DNA from: Phycisphaerales bacterium
GTDB lineage: Bacteria; Planctomycetota; Phycisphaerae; Phycisphaerales; UBA1924
Direction of reading: 5' to 3'
DNA: 64,000 nt
Assembly: GCA_965227775.1 (NCBI GenBank)
Contig: OZ245777.1
Location: 192,001 to 256,000 of the forward strand
Shown: positions 39,273 to 49,340 of the stretch, piece by piece
Numbering within the stretch: position 1 is the first letter of the stretch
How the letters are laid out: every line of letters begins with the position of its first letter
Translations under genes and position numbers: made by a program
The notes under the pieces: model-generated
Database searches by the model: none
What the model was told of the DNA's origin: nothing
What the model saw: only the letters and a program-made list of their open reading frames with translations

Positions 39273-42200
39273 TGCGGAGCGTTGCCCAGCAGGGTGCCGA
39301 GCGCCTTCTCGGTCAGCGCCTGGTCCCAGATCGTGAGGTTGGTCAGGTCGCCCTTGAATTGATAGCGTCGGTCCCACGGGTCGAGCGGCGCGATATGGAT
39401 GACGTTGGCATCGTCGGAGAGTCGAACGGTGCGCTGGCCGACGGGCTTGCCGTCCTTGTAGAGCCGGCCCTCGCGACCGTCGTAGGTCGCCGTGACCATC
39501 TGCCAGCGGCCGAGGTCGTACTGCGTGCGGCTGGGCACGTCCTGGTTGTGGCTCCACATGTGCAAGCCGCCGGCAAACTTGGTGAGGTATCGCGCCTGCC
39601 CGCCGTTGCGTGCGTCGCAATTGCCGAACCCAACCAGCGGCGTTCGGTTGGTCGGCTGCTCGTCCATGCGCACCCAGACGTTGATCGTCCACGCGTCTTC
39701 GGCGTTGATCGGCAAGTTGGGAACGTTCTCGACGCTCGTGCCGTACCGGCTCTTCTCGATGAGGTCGAGGGCGTAGACCGGGCCCGAGATGACGAACGTC
39801 TGGCGATCGCTCTCGAGCGTGTTCGCGGCAGGCGATCGGTCGCGCACGGACTGGACATGCAGCGTGTAGGGCTTGCCCACGGCTGGAGCGCTCGCGAGTT
39901 CGACGGTCGCACCGCGATTGTCGTCGTCCATGGTGACGCGCCGGACGGCGATTGAGGGCTCGATAGAGACTCTGTCCGGTTCCATCGCCTGTATGGGCTC
40001 GGAGAACGCGACGCGGAGTTCGGGCATCTCGTACATTGCGAGCACGTCGCGCACGCTCGGGGCGGTCTCATCGACCACGCGAATCGTGCGGCTCTGGACG
40101 GGCCCCATGCTTCCATTGGCGTCGACCGCGGCGGTGCGCACGGTCATGGTCTCGCTGAGCAGCAGCGGGCTCTCGTACACGGGCGAGTCGGCGGACGGGT
40201 TTGATCCATCGGTGGTGTAGCGGAACGAGCCCGGCGCCCAGTAGAGGCTTGGCTCGATGGTCGCCTCGATCGTGTCGGTGTGGCCGCCGTTTCGGCCGGT
40301 GGGCACGCCGGACACTTCGATGGTGGGCGGCCGCAGCTGGTGATCCGCGAGCGTGTCGAAGAGCGCTCGCCCGGGGGTGGCTGCGTGACCAACGCGTGCG
40401 ACGGTAGCGGCGAAGATCTTGATGCGTGGGTCGTCGGGCAGCGTGATCAAAGACGCGCCAGCCGGAAGTTGGATCGCCGTTCGGAACAGATAGCTGTAGC
40501 GATAAATGGCGTCTTCGCCGCCGACTTCATTTGCGGCGTGATGGTGCGAGGCGTACCACGCGATCTCGTCGGGCTTCACGTAGCCCGGCGTCAGACCGAT
40601 GATGTCGGTGCGACCCCATGGGTATCGAGGGTCGGTGATGTCACCCGGCCATTCGCGGCGGTCCCACTGGCCGACGTATCCGTCCCAGGCCTGGGCTCGG
40701 AGAGCATGCTCGTTGCCATCGATACTGACAAGCGACTCAACATCGCCTTCGCTCGAGGCAATCAAGAGGTAGAGCGTATCGAACTCGCCGTCGGGCAGGC
40801 TCAGTTGCTGGCCGCTGCATGTCACCGCGTTGGCATCGTGGCCACCCATCTGGAAGTCCACACCTCCGACGGCGAATTGCCGGGGCAGTTGCTCGGCCGG
40901 GTACGAGCGACCGTCGTCGGTCATGCCACCGGCGGCACGGTCGTCGTTGGCCGTCACCGCATCGATGTCATAGGGCAGCTTGACCGTCTGCGTGCGCGGC
41001 GGCTGAACGCTCGCTCCGACGTCGTTCACGTCGATGGCAATGGCCTTGAGCCCAAAGCCTCCTAAGTCGGTGGTGACCGAACCATCGGTGACGGCCATGT
41101 CCTCGATGTGGCGTTCCTGCCCGTCGATCTGGCGGGCGTTTGCGATGGTACCAAGATCGCTGGTGATCGTGACACTCTCTGCGGGGCTTCCGGTGTGCTC
41201 CCTTAGTCGGATAACGATCTCGCCGGTGTCCTCGGCCTTCTTCATGGCCTGCACGCTCACGGCGTCGTTGTCGACGCTCAGCAGCGAAACGACCTTGCCG
41301 AGATCGCCCGCGTGCGGGGTTGTGCGGAAGGGGACGAGCGGCTGGTTGAGCGCGGCTGCGTGCCGATAGCTCTCACCCTCGCGCCAGTCGCCGGCGTGGC
41401 CCTGCACGGCATAGAGCACGTGGTGGCGGCCGATGTCTTGGCTCTGCTGGTCGGGGTATCCGCCGCGCACGCCCGGGGTGAACAGCAGGGTGAGGCGGAC
41501 GGTGTTGTCGTCGGGCTTGTCGGCGGCGTACTTGCTGTCGCACATGATCGTCGCACCAAAGTCGCCGCTGGTGTCGGTGAGGTTGAACCACTGATGGAAG
41601 AGGTACTCGTACTGCCGCGGATGGCCGTTGCCCCGCTCGGTGGTGCCGAGATGGATGTCGTACGTGGCCATGGGATTGCTGGCGACGAGCGGGAATGCCG
41701 CGCGGACGCTGCGCTCCCGCGTGTTCCAATCAACGTCGGTGTCGAATTCGACACGATCGCTACCCGAGCCGAGGCGGATGCGCTGAGTGAAGGTCGAGCC
41801 CTCAGCCTGCCGCGTGACCTCGACCGCGACGCGGGCGGGCCCGTTCTCGATGACCTTGAACTCGACGGGGCCTTCCTCGCCGACGAATGCCTTGGCGGGG
41901 AGCTGGCGGTCGGCCCAGTCCATATTCCATGCGGGCCACTGGCTGGGATTCTCATAGTGCAGACCGATGCGTGCAGGGGCGCTGAGCATCTCGGCATCCG
42001 CCTGCTTGTCGAAGATCGATTCGACGTCGCCCCGAGCGTTGAGCGTGACGACGTAATTGCCGTTCTCCAGACGGCGCCCATCGGGGGTGATGCTGAGCTC
42101 GCTTGGTTGACCGGGGAACGCGGCATCACCGAACCGCACGTCGTAGGTTGCGAAGCCGACAGAGGGCACCGTCGCGGCGAACGCGATGCGGGCGAAGCCA

Positions 42201-43618
42201 TGATCGCTCGCGCCCAAGATCTGCGCCGGCACCGGCCTACCGGTTGGGTCGAGCACCACCACCGACTCGGGTGCTTCGCCATCAAATTCAAGCTCGGCCT
42301 CGACGATGTCGGCCCGCTCCCACGAGAGCGGGTTGTAGACGACGACAGGCGTGCCCTGCGCGCTCGTGTCCATCGCGCTGATGATGGCCGATGCAGAGTC
42401 GGTGAGCACGGCGGCGAACTGGTTGGCGGCGATGACCTCATCGTTCCACGAAAGGTCGTAGGCCAGCGGCACGCTGGTGCCGGGCAGGATGTCGTGCATC
42501 TGCGAGCCCAACACGAGCTCCCAGGCGTCCTGCAACCGCTGGCCGGGGTAGTCGCGAGCGCCCAGGAGCATCGCGCCCACGGCGGCCTTCTCGGCGGCAT
42601 CGGCGAGCTGCTCGTTCTTGCGATTCCAACGCTTCATGTAGGCCTGCGAGCTGATGCTGCCGGCCGAGTGCTCGATGAGCTGGAGCTCGCCCTTGTATGT
42701 CGGTAGGGCATCGCGTTGCTCAGGGGTGATGGCCTCGAACATCAGGTCCGCCCGATCGGCGATGACGTTGATCTTGGCGTCGGCGTTCTTGCTGTTGGCG
42801 ACGCTCTGCTCGACCATGACCACCGAGGCCTCGCGCGGTGCGCCGCCCTGGTCGCCCACGCCGTAGTAGTGGTAGTCGACGTAGACGCCCGATTGGTCGC
42901 CGTTGTTGTTGATGCGCGCCAGCCAGCCATCGTCCTTCGAGAGATCGCTGCGCACATCGCCGACGTACGCGCCCGGGTCGAGCGCGGCGATGATCGAGTT
43001 GCCATCGGGGCCTTCCCACACGCCCACCTTGAAGGGGATGGGTGTCACGGCGTTCCACGTGAGCTTCTGCGTGCTGAAGCCATCGAGACCGCAGTGGGCG
43101 AGCAGGCTTGGCAGGGCGGCCGGAAAGCCGAAGCAGTCCGGCAGCATAAACTCGTTGCTTGTGACGCCGAACGCATCGCGGACGTACTTGTTTCCGTAGA
43201 GGACCTGGCGGATCTGGCTCTCGCCGCTGGGCACGTTCGCGTCGTTTTCGTCGACGGCCGAGCCAGAGGGGAACCAACGGCCCTGGGCGACATACTCCTT
43301 GAGGGTCTCGAAGTCTTCGGGGTAGTACTCCTCCATCATCTCGAAGCGGCGAGATCCTCCGAAGTTAAACACGTAACCGGGGTGCTTCTCGAAGAGCTCG
43401 AAGTTGTCGTGCAGCGTATTGGGAATGAAGTCGCGGATCGTGTCGTAGTAGGTCCAGCGCCACTGCGTATCGAGGTGGGCGTAGCCGACGACAAAGAGCG
43501 TGGGCTCGGTGAGGTCGATGTCGGTTGGATCGGGGCGCTCGGCCTGCTGGCCTGCGTGGGCAGCCGCGAAGGCCATCGCCGCTGCGAGAAGTGCTGACGT
43601 CCGAGCGTTGCATGCCAT
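39269..43618 (-). CDS. Secreted GH38 alpha-mannosidase with extra C-terminal domains (FN3-associated/chitobiase-like, Ig-like, LamG-like)
   Basis: Signal peptide; YAHLDTQWRW, LPDCFGF, YGVGDQGG, QMHDILPGTS; RYTTDGSNP; WQMVTATYDG...LYKDG. Confidence 0.92.
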   Translation of the reverse strand: MACNARTSALLAAAMAFAAAHAGQQAERPDPTDIDLTEPTLFVVGYAHLDTQWRWTYYDTIRDFIPNTLHDNFELFEKHPGYVFNFGGSRRFEMMEEYYPEDFETLKEYVAQGRWFPSGSAVDENDANVPSGESQIRQVLYGNKYVRDAFGVTSNEFMLPDCFGFPAALPSLLAHCGLDGFSTQKLTWNAVTPIPFKVGVWEGPDGNSIIAALDPGAYVGDVRSDLSKDDGWLARINNNGDQSGVYVDYHYYGVGDQGGAPREASVVMVEQSVANSKNADAKINVIADRADLMFEAITPEQRDALPTYKGELQLIEHSAGSISSQAYMKRWNRKNEQLADAAEKAAVGAMLLGARDYPGQRLQDAWELVLGSQMHDILPGTSVPLAYDLSWNDEVIAANQFAAVLTDSASAIISAMDTSAQGTPVVVYNPLSWERADIVEAELEFDGEAPESVVVLDPTGRPVPAQILGASDHGFARIAFAATVPSVGFATYDVRFGDAAFPGQPSELSITPDGRRLENGNYVVTLNARGDVESIFDKQADAEMLSAPARIGLHYENPSQWPAWNMDWADRQLPAKAFVGEEGPVEFKVIENGPARVAVEVTRQAEGSTFTQRIRLGSGSDRVEFDTDVDWNTRERSVRAAFPLVASNPMATYDIHLGTTERGNGHPRQYEYLFHQWFNLTDTSGDFGATIMCDSKYAADKPDDNTVRLTLLFTPGVRGGYPDQQSQDIGRHHVLYAVQGHAGDWREGESYRHAAALNQPLVPFRTTPHAGDLGKVVSLLSVDNDAVSVQAMKKAEDTGEIVIRLREHTGSPAESVTITSDLGTIANARQIDGQERHIEDMAVTDGSVTTDLGGFGLKAIAIDVNDVGASVQPPRTQTVKLPYDIDAVTANDDRAAGGMTDDGRSYPAEQLPRQFAVGGVDFQMGGHDANAVTCSGQQLSLPDGEFDTLYLLIASSEGDVESLVSIDGNEHALRAQAWDGYVGQWDRREWPGDITDPRYPWGRTDIIGLTPGYVKPDEIAWYASHHHAANEVGGEDAIYRYSYLFRTAIQLPAGASLITLPDDPRIKIFAATVARVGHAATPGRALFDTLADHQLRPPTIEVSGVPTGRNGGHTDTIEATIEPSLYWAPGSFRYTTDGSNPSADSPVYESPLLLSETMTVRTAAVDANGSMGPVQSRTIRVVDETAPSVRDVLAMYEMPELRVAFSEPIQAMEPDRVSIEPSIAVRRVTMDDDNRGATVELASAPAVGKPYTLHVQSVRDRSPAANTLESDRQTFVISGPVYALDLIEKSRYGTSVENVPNLPINAEDAWTINVWVRMDEQPTNRTPLVGFGNCDARNGGQARYLTKFAGGLHMWSHNQDVPSRTQYDLGRWQMVTATYDGREGRLYKDGKPVGQRTVRLSDDANVIHIAPLDPWDRRYQFKGDLTNLTIWDQALTEKALGTLLGNAPQ

Positions 43619-43771
43619 GCGTATGTCCCCAGAATGGTCCCAGCGGCGATGATCGCCAGCTTCGCGGATGGTACGGCGGGCCATCGCTGCAACGATCGTC
43701 CCCATGCCAAGCGTACTGGTAGGATTGGCGCTCGGGCCCGAAGAGGCCCGCGACGAGCCTGGGGGTTGGCC

Positions 43772-44881
43772 ATGGAAGCGTTCGTTCAGGAACTGAAGAA
43801 GCTGCGTCAGCACCTGCTGACGGGCGTGTCGTTTGCCATCCCGTTCATCGCGTGTGGCGGCATCCTGATCGCCCTTTCGCTCGCATTCGCCCCCAAGATC
43901 GACGGCATGGGATTGGGCGAGAGCTTGGCCATGCTCGAGCCCGAATGGGCCCGGAACCTGCTGCAAACCACTCTGGCCATCGGTGTTGCGGCGTTCACGC
44001 TGATGCTGCCCGTGCTGGGCGGATACATCGCGTACTCGATCGCCGGCAAGCCGGGCCTCGTCTCGGGCATGCTGGGCGGCTGGTTCAGCGGACACCTGAG
44101 CGTGCCGTGGGACCCGGACGCGGACGAAGTGAGCGCGGGCTTTCTTGGCGCGATCGTCGCGGGGCTCATCGCGGGCTATGTGGTCCAGGCGCTCAAGAAG
44201 ATACCGGCGAATCGGTACGTCAAGCCGCTGATGCCGATCCTCGTCATTCCGGTCGTCAGCGCGGTCGTCATCGGCGTGCTGATGCTGCTCGTGGTCGGGC
44301 CGCCGATCGCGGCGCTCATGGGCTGGATGACCTCGGGGCTGGAAGGCATGCAGGGCGGGAGCGTGGTGTTGCTGGCGGCGCTGCTGGGCGCGATGATCGC
44401 CTTCGACATGGGTGGGCCCGTGAACAAGGTCGCATTCTTCTTCGCGGCAGGGCTCATCCAAGAGGGCAACATCCTCGTGATGGGTCCGGTGGCGGCGGCG
44501 ATCTGCACGCCGCCCTTGGGATTGGGGCTCGCAACCATCATCGCCCGCAGGATGTGGCGCGAGGACCAACGCGAGGCCGGGCTGGCGGCTCTGGGCATGG
44601 GCATGATCGGCATCACCGAGGGCGCGATTCCCTTCGCGGCAGCGGACCCTCTGCGGGTGATTCCGTGCATCATGCTTGGCTCGATGAGCGCAAGCGTGAC
44701 GGCGATGCTCGCGAGCGTGGGCAACAACGCGCCCCACGGTGGCCCGATCGTGATCTTCGTGGTCGAGAACAAGCTGATGTACGTCGTCGCCATCCTGGTT
44801 GGGACGGCCGTCACGGCCGGTGCGGTGCTGTTGGTCAAGAGGCTCACCGGCGGTGTACCGCCATCTGATGCGTCCGCGTAG
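43772..44881 (+). CDS. PTS fructose-family EIIC (FrwC-like)
   Basis: RQHLLTGVSFAIPF, GYIAYSIAGKPGL, FDMGGPVNK, GITEGAIPFAAADP, APHGG. Confidence 0.93.
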   Translation: MEAFVQELKKLRQHLLTGVSFAIPFIACGGILIALSLAFAPKIDGMGLGESLAMLEPEWARNLLQTTLAIGVAAFTLMLPVLGGYIAYSIAGKPGLVSGMLGGWFSGHLSVPWDPDADEVSAGFLGAIVAGLIAGYVVQALKKIPANRYVKPLMPILVIPVVSAVVIGVLMLLVVGPPIAALMGWMTSGLEGMQGGSVVLLAALLGAMIAFDMGGPVNKVAFFFAAGLIQEGNILVMGPVAAAICTPPLGLGLATIIARRMWREDQREAGLAALGMGMIGITEGAIPFAAADPLRVIPCIMLGSMSASVTAMLASVGNNAPHGGPIVIFVVENKLMYVVAILVGTAVTAGAVLLVKRLTGGVPPSDASA

Positions 44882-44891
44882 GAGAAGTGGA

Positions 44892-45191
44892 ATGAAGATC
44901 GTCGCCGTTACCGCCTGCCCGACGGGCATCGCCCATACCTACATGGCCGCAGAGCAGATCGAGCGTGCCGCCGTCGCCGCGGGCCACGAGGTCTCGGTCG
45001 AGACCCAAGGCTCGATGGGCATCGAGAACGAGCTCAGCGACTCGGCGATCGGCGCCGCGGACGTGGTCATCTTCGCGGTCGACATCGAGGTCGAGAAGAA
45101 GGAACGCTTCGAGGGCAAGAAGGTCATCCAGGTCGGCGTGGCCGAGGCGATCAAGAAGCCCGACGCGCTCATCGCCCGCGCGAGCGCGTGA
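44892..45191 (+). CDS. PTS fructose-family EIIB (FrwB-like)
   Basis: IVAVTACPTGIAHTYMAAE, VETQGSMG; AGGAG RBS. Confidence 0.95.
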   Translation: MKIVAVTACPTGIAHTYMAAEQIERAAVAAGHEVSVETQGSMGIENELSDSAIGAADVVIFAVDIEVEKKERFEGKKVIQVGVAEAIKKPDALIARASA

Positions 45192-47683
45192 TGCCCGATA
45201 CCGCAGAGCATCGGTTCACGTGCCAGCTCGCGAGCGGTCTGCACGCGCGGCCCGCGAGTATGCTGGCCGAAGCCGCCGCATCATTTGCATCGGCGATCGT
45301 GATGGAGCGAGACGATGGCACCTCGGCCGACGTTCGCAGCGTCCTCTCGGTAGTCGGCCTCAATGTACAGCAAGGGGACGCATTTAGGATTCACGCATCC
45401 GGCAAAGACGCGCTCGACGCACTGGCGGCCCTGCGGTCGATCGTGGAGACAGGTCTCTCGGACGATGAAGCCCCGCCGAGCACAGCCGTCGAGTGCCGCC
45501 TCCCGCCGGTGCTTCGGCAGCTCGGCGTTTCGCACACGCCCGGCCTTGGCATGGGTGGCGGTAGCGGCATCGGCCAAGCGGTCGCTGTCGGTGGATTGAC
45601 GCTCTCGGAAGAAGCGCTGAATGCCGAGAGCGTCGGCGTCGACCGAGAGCTTGGCGACGCACTCGATGCGGTACGAGCCCTTGTGAGCGACCTGAATGAC
45701 CGGGCCGCCGCGGCTTCGGACGACATGGAAGCCTCACTCCTGAAGGCGCACGCCCAGATCGCCTGCGACTCGGCCCTTTGGAACGCGATCGAGTCCCGGA
45801 TTCGCGAGGGTGAGACGGCGGCTCGCGCGGTCGTGGCCGGGGCCGAGGAGCTGGCCTCGCGGCTTCGCTCGGTGGACAGCGCCTACGTGCGTGAGCGTGC
45901 GGTGGACGTGATTGACATCGCGATGCAGCTGGTCGATCGACTCATTCCCGGCATGCTCGACGCCACCTGCCCGAAGCTTGAGTCCGATGCGATCGTCTTC
46001 GCGGACATGCTGACGGCAAATCAGCTCCTTGCGCTCGATCGCCGGCACCTGCGAGGCCTCGTGCTCGGGCCGGTCGGGCAAACGTCGCACACCGTCATCC
46101 TGGCGCGCAACATCGGGGTTCCGTGCGTCATCGATGTGTCGGCTGCAGTTGGGATCGCAGAGAGCGGCGTCGAAGCCGTCGTGGATGGCGACGGGGGATT
46201 CGTCGTCAGCCCCGTTGGCCAACGCGTCAAGCGGTTCTATGAGTCGGAGCAACGCGTCCGCACGCGGCGGAAGGATTGGATGCGTCCGATCGTCTGCAAG
46301 CCAGCGGTTACGGCCGATGGCAAGAAGCTCGAAGTCGGTGTGACGGCCATCGATGCCGACGAGGTCCGCAGTTCTATTCGAGAGGGCGCCGACGGCGTTG
46401 GACTCTTTCGTACAGAATCCCTGTTCCTCCATCGCGACGAGCCGCCGAGCGAGGACGAGCAGCGCGAGACGTACGCTTCAGTCATCGAAGCGGCCGATGG
46501 CAGGCTCGTAATCCTTCGGACATTCGACATCGGTGGTGACAAGCCCGCACCGTATCTGCGGATGCCCAAGGAGGACAATCCGTTTCTCGGTATGCGGGGC
46601 ATCCGGCTGCATCAGCGTCGGCCCGAGTTGCTCGACACCCAGCTTCGCGCCATGGTTGCCGCGGCAGCGGGCCGGCCGATCAAGATTATGGCGCCGATGG
46701 TCTCGACCGTTGCGGAGATGGCATGGTTCCGCGAACACGTCCGACAAATCAGCGACTCGGCCGAGGTTGGCATGATGATCGAGGTGCCGTCCGTCGCGCT
46801 CTCGGTCGATCGGTTCGCTCCGCACGCGGACTTCTTCAGCATCGGGACGAATGACTTGTGCCAGTACTGGATCGCGGTCGACCGCGGCAACGCGAGTGTT
46901 GCGGCGATCGGCGATGAGCTCCAGCCGGCATTCCTCCGTGTGCTGCGAAAAATCGTCGACGATGCGAAGGCGTCGGCAACGTGGATCGGCGTGTGCGGCG
47001 AGATGGGCGGCCGAGTCGAACACACCCCGCTGATGATCGGGCTCGGCGTGGACGAAGTAAGCCCTGGGCCGGCGAGCGTTGCCGATATCAAACTCGCCGT
47101 GGGAGAGGCCGATTCGGGGCGATGCCGTGAGCTTCTCGACGCCGCGTGCGATGTGGACTCACCCAACGAGGTTCGCGAACTCACTTCAAGATTCGCGTGG
47201 CGTGCTGTGCGCGATGGCCCCCCGATCATCGATCGGCACTGCATGGAGCTAAAGTTCGACGCGACCAGCAAGGCGGAGGCAATCAAGGCTGCGGTCGACC
47301 TGCTCTCGATCACAGGCCGCACCGATCAACCACGCGAGGTCGAAGAGGCCATCTGGGCCCGCGAGGAGACGTACTCCACCGGGCTGGGGCACGGCGTTGC
47401 CATCCCCCACTGCAAGTGTGCATCGGTGAAGTGGCCGACTCTCGCCGTGGTCACGCTGCGCAATCCGGTCGACTGGCAGGCGATGGACGAGCAACCCGTG
47501 CACACGGTGTTCCTGCTCGCGGTGCCCGATGGCGAGTCTGCGGGCGGCGGCGGAGCGGCCCATCTGAAGATCTTCGCAACGCTTGCACGACGGCTGGTGC
47601 ACGAGGACTTCCGACGCGGTCTTCAATCGTGCACGGATCCGTCAGGGATCGAGGACTATCTTCGGAAGCAACTCAGCGTGTAA
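45188..47683 (+). CDS. Multiphosphoryl transfer protein HPr-EI-EIIA (PtsA/FryA-like)
   Basis: GLHARPA (HPr), TSHTVILAR, GLFRTE, DIGGDK, SIGTNDL, GVCGEM (EI), GVAIPHCK (EIIA). Confidence 0.93.
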   Translation: MMPDTAEHRFTCQLASGLHARPASMLAEAAASFASAIVMERDDGTSADVRSVLSVVGLNVQQGDAFRIHASGKDALDALAALRSIVETGLSDDEAPPSTAVECRLPPVLRQLGVSHTPGLGMGGGSGIGQAVAVGGLTLSEEALNAESVGVDRELGDALDAVRALVSDLNDRAAAASDDMEASLLKAHAQIACDSALWNAIESRIREGETAARAVVAGAEELASRLRSVDSAYVRERAVDVIDIAMQLVDRLIPGMLDATCPKLESDAIVFADMLTANQLLALDRRHLRGLVLGPVGQTSHTVILARNIGVPCVIDVSAAVGIAESGVEAVVDGDGGFVVSPVGQRVKRFYESEQRVRTRRKDWMRPIVCKPAVTADGKKLEVGVTAIDADEVRSSIREGADGVGLFRTESLFLHRDEPPSEDEQRETYASVIEAADGRLVILRTFDIGGDKPAPYLRMPKEDNPFLGMRGIRLHQRRPELLDTQLRAMVAAAAGRPIKIMAPMVSTVAEMAWFREHVRQISDSAEVGMMIEVPSVALSVDRFAPHADFFSIGTNDLCQYWIAVDRGNASVAAIGDELQPAFLRVLRKIVDDAKASATWIGVCGEMGGRVEHTPLMIGLGVDEVSPGPASVADIKLAVGEADSGRCRELLDAACDVDSPNEVRELTSRFAWRAVRDGPPIIDRHCMELKFDATSKAEAIKAAVDLLSITGRTDQPREVEEAIWAREETYSTGLGHGVAIPHCKCASVKWPTLAVVTLRNPVDWQAMDEQPVHTVFLLAVPDGESAGGGGAAHLKIFATLARRLVHEDFRRGLQSCTDPSGIEDYLRKQLSV

Positions 47684-49318
47684 CTAGACAGTTGCCGGCT
47701 GATTGGCCTGGATAGCCGCACGATCGGCGATCTCAGCCGATGGCAGGCCGGGCGAGTGCACGCCCGCGTACGACAATCCGCGTCGCTCGCACAGCATGCG
47801 GCTCGTGATCTGGCTCGAGAGGAAGATCACGGGAAGACCACTGCCCGGGTGCGTGCCGCCACCGACCATCCACACGCCCTCCAGGCCCTGGAGCTCGTGC
47901 CGCGGGCGCTTGTGGAGCATCTGACCAAGGTTGTGGGCCAGGTTGAAAGTTGCGCCGTGGTTGATGTTCATCGCGGCCCAGTCATCGGCGGCAACCATCT
48001 TCTCGCATTGGATGCGATCCTCGATGTTCTCGATTCCAAAGACGCGCTCGAGTTGGTGGAGCATGTCCTGACGCATGCGATCGCGCTCGGCCGCAAAGTC
48101 GACGCTGCTGCGCATGTTTGGCGTTGGCATCAGCACGTAGAGGGCGCTGCAGCCGGGGGGAGCCATCGACGGATCGGTCGTGATGGGGTTGCAGACGTAG
48201 GCCGATGGATCTTCGCTCAGCGTGCCAAGGCGCGAGATCTCATCGAGGTTCTGCTCGTAACGGGATGAGACATAGATCGTGTGGTGCGGCAGATCGGTCT
48301 GGCCATCGATGCCCAGGTACAGCATCGATGTCGAGCACGAGTACTTCTTCGCGTCGATCGCATCGGCCGAGGAGTAGCCCGAGACGCGCCGGAGCGCGTC
48401 GGCGGGCAGCAGGTGCTTGAGTGCCCAGGGTGCGTCGGCGTTCATCACGATGTCGGCGTGCGCGTGGTGCTTGCCGTTGACAACCACGCCCGTAGCCCGC
48501 CGGCCATCGAACGTAAGCCGTTCAACCGGTGAGTCGGTGAGGATCTCGACACCCATATTCTCACACGCATCCGCCATGGCGTGCATGATGCGGTTGAGCC
48601 CACCGGTCGCATGCCACACGCCATACTCATACTCGATGAACGGCAAGATTGTGAAGAGGCTCGGGCAGTCGAACGGGCTCATGCCGAGGTACTTGCTCTG
48701 GAAGCTGACCGCCAGGCGCACCTGCGGGTGATGAAAGTACTTGGTCAGCAGCTCGTGCACGTTCTTGTGCGGGTTGATGTGCGGCAAGGCGCGCACGGCA
48801 TCGGGCTTCAGAAGATCCAGCGGCGAGCGGATGGCACGGCGCAGGATGGGCTCGGCAGCGTGGAGCTTGGCCCGGTTGTCTGCGATGAATCGCTCGAACG
48901 CGGCGCCGTCCTTCGCGTCGACCTCGCCGATGCGACGCGCCATCTCTGCCACGTCCTGCGTTGCGTCGAGTGTGATTGGATCGTCACCTGGCCGGCCGAG
49001 CAACAACCGGTACATGGGGTCGAGGCGGGTCAGCTCGACGGCATCTGCCAAACGCCGGCCCGCGGCCTGGAAGATCTCGTCGAGCACGTAGGGCATCAGG
49101 AAGAACGTGGGCCCGAGATCGAAGTGGAAGTCGCCGCTTACACCGTTCAGCGTGGTACGGCTGGTGCGGCCACCGACGTGCGGCTGGGCCTCATAGACCC
49201 TCACCCGGGCGCCGCTGGCGGCAAGCAGCATCGCCGCGGCCAAGCCTCCCGGCCCGGCGCCGATGACAGCGATTGGATTGTCGGCTTGGGATGAAGGGCG
49301 TGGAGCGGAGCGGGTCAT
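47684..49318 (-). CDS. CrtI/CrtN/CrtP family carotenoid desaturase/oxidase
   Basis: VIGAGPGGLAAA, FDLGPTF, FQSKYLGMSP, VGGGTHPGSGLPVIF. Confidence 0.9.
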   Translation of the reverse strand: MTRSAPRPSSQADNPIAVIGAGPGGLAAAMLLAASGARVRVYEAQPHVGGRTSRTTLNGVSGDFHFDLGPTFFLMPYVLDEIFQAAGRRLADAVELTRLDPMYRLLLGRPGDDPITLDATQDVAEMARRIGEVDAKDGAAFERFIADNRAKLHAAEPILRRAIRSPLDLLKPDAVRALPHINPHKNVHELLTKYFHHPQVRLAVSFQSKYLGMSPFDCPSLFTILPFIEYEYGVWHATGGLNRIMHAMADACENMGVEILTDSPVERLTFDGRRATGVVVNGKHHAHADIVMNADAPWALKHLLPADALRRVSGYSSADAIDAKKYSCSTSMLYLGIDGQTDLPHHTIYVSSRYEQNLDEISRLGTLSEDPSAYVCNPITTDPSMAPPGCSALYVLMPTPNMRSSVDFAAERDRMRQDMLHQLERVFGIENIEDRIQCEKMVAADDWAAMNINHGATFNLAHNLGQMLHKRPRHELQGLEGVWMVGGGTHPGSGLPVIFLSSQITSRMLCERRGLSYAGVHSPGLPSAEIADRAAIQANQPATV

Positions 49319-49325
49319 AGCATTC

Positions 49326-49333
49326 ACTATACT
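49326..49333. promoter_or_regulatory. Overlapping bidirectional -10 elements for two leaderless genes
   Basis: TATACT (+, 49328-49333) and TATAGT (-, 49331-49326), each 7 nt from an ATG. Confidence 0.65.
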
Positions 49334-49340
49334 GCCGCTG

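Noticed and set aside
43619..44929. N-terminal 437 aa of the 1886-aa ORF in the track
   Set aside because: Antisense to the PTS EIIC gene; the GH38 signal peptide starts at 43618.
36615..47683. Integrative element or prophage at the tRNA-Leu genes
   Set aside because: No integrase, transposase, phage gene or duplicated tRNA 3' end was found.
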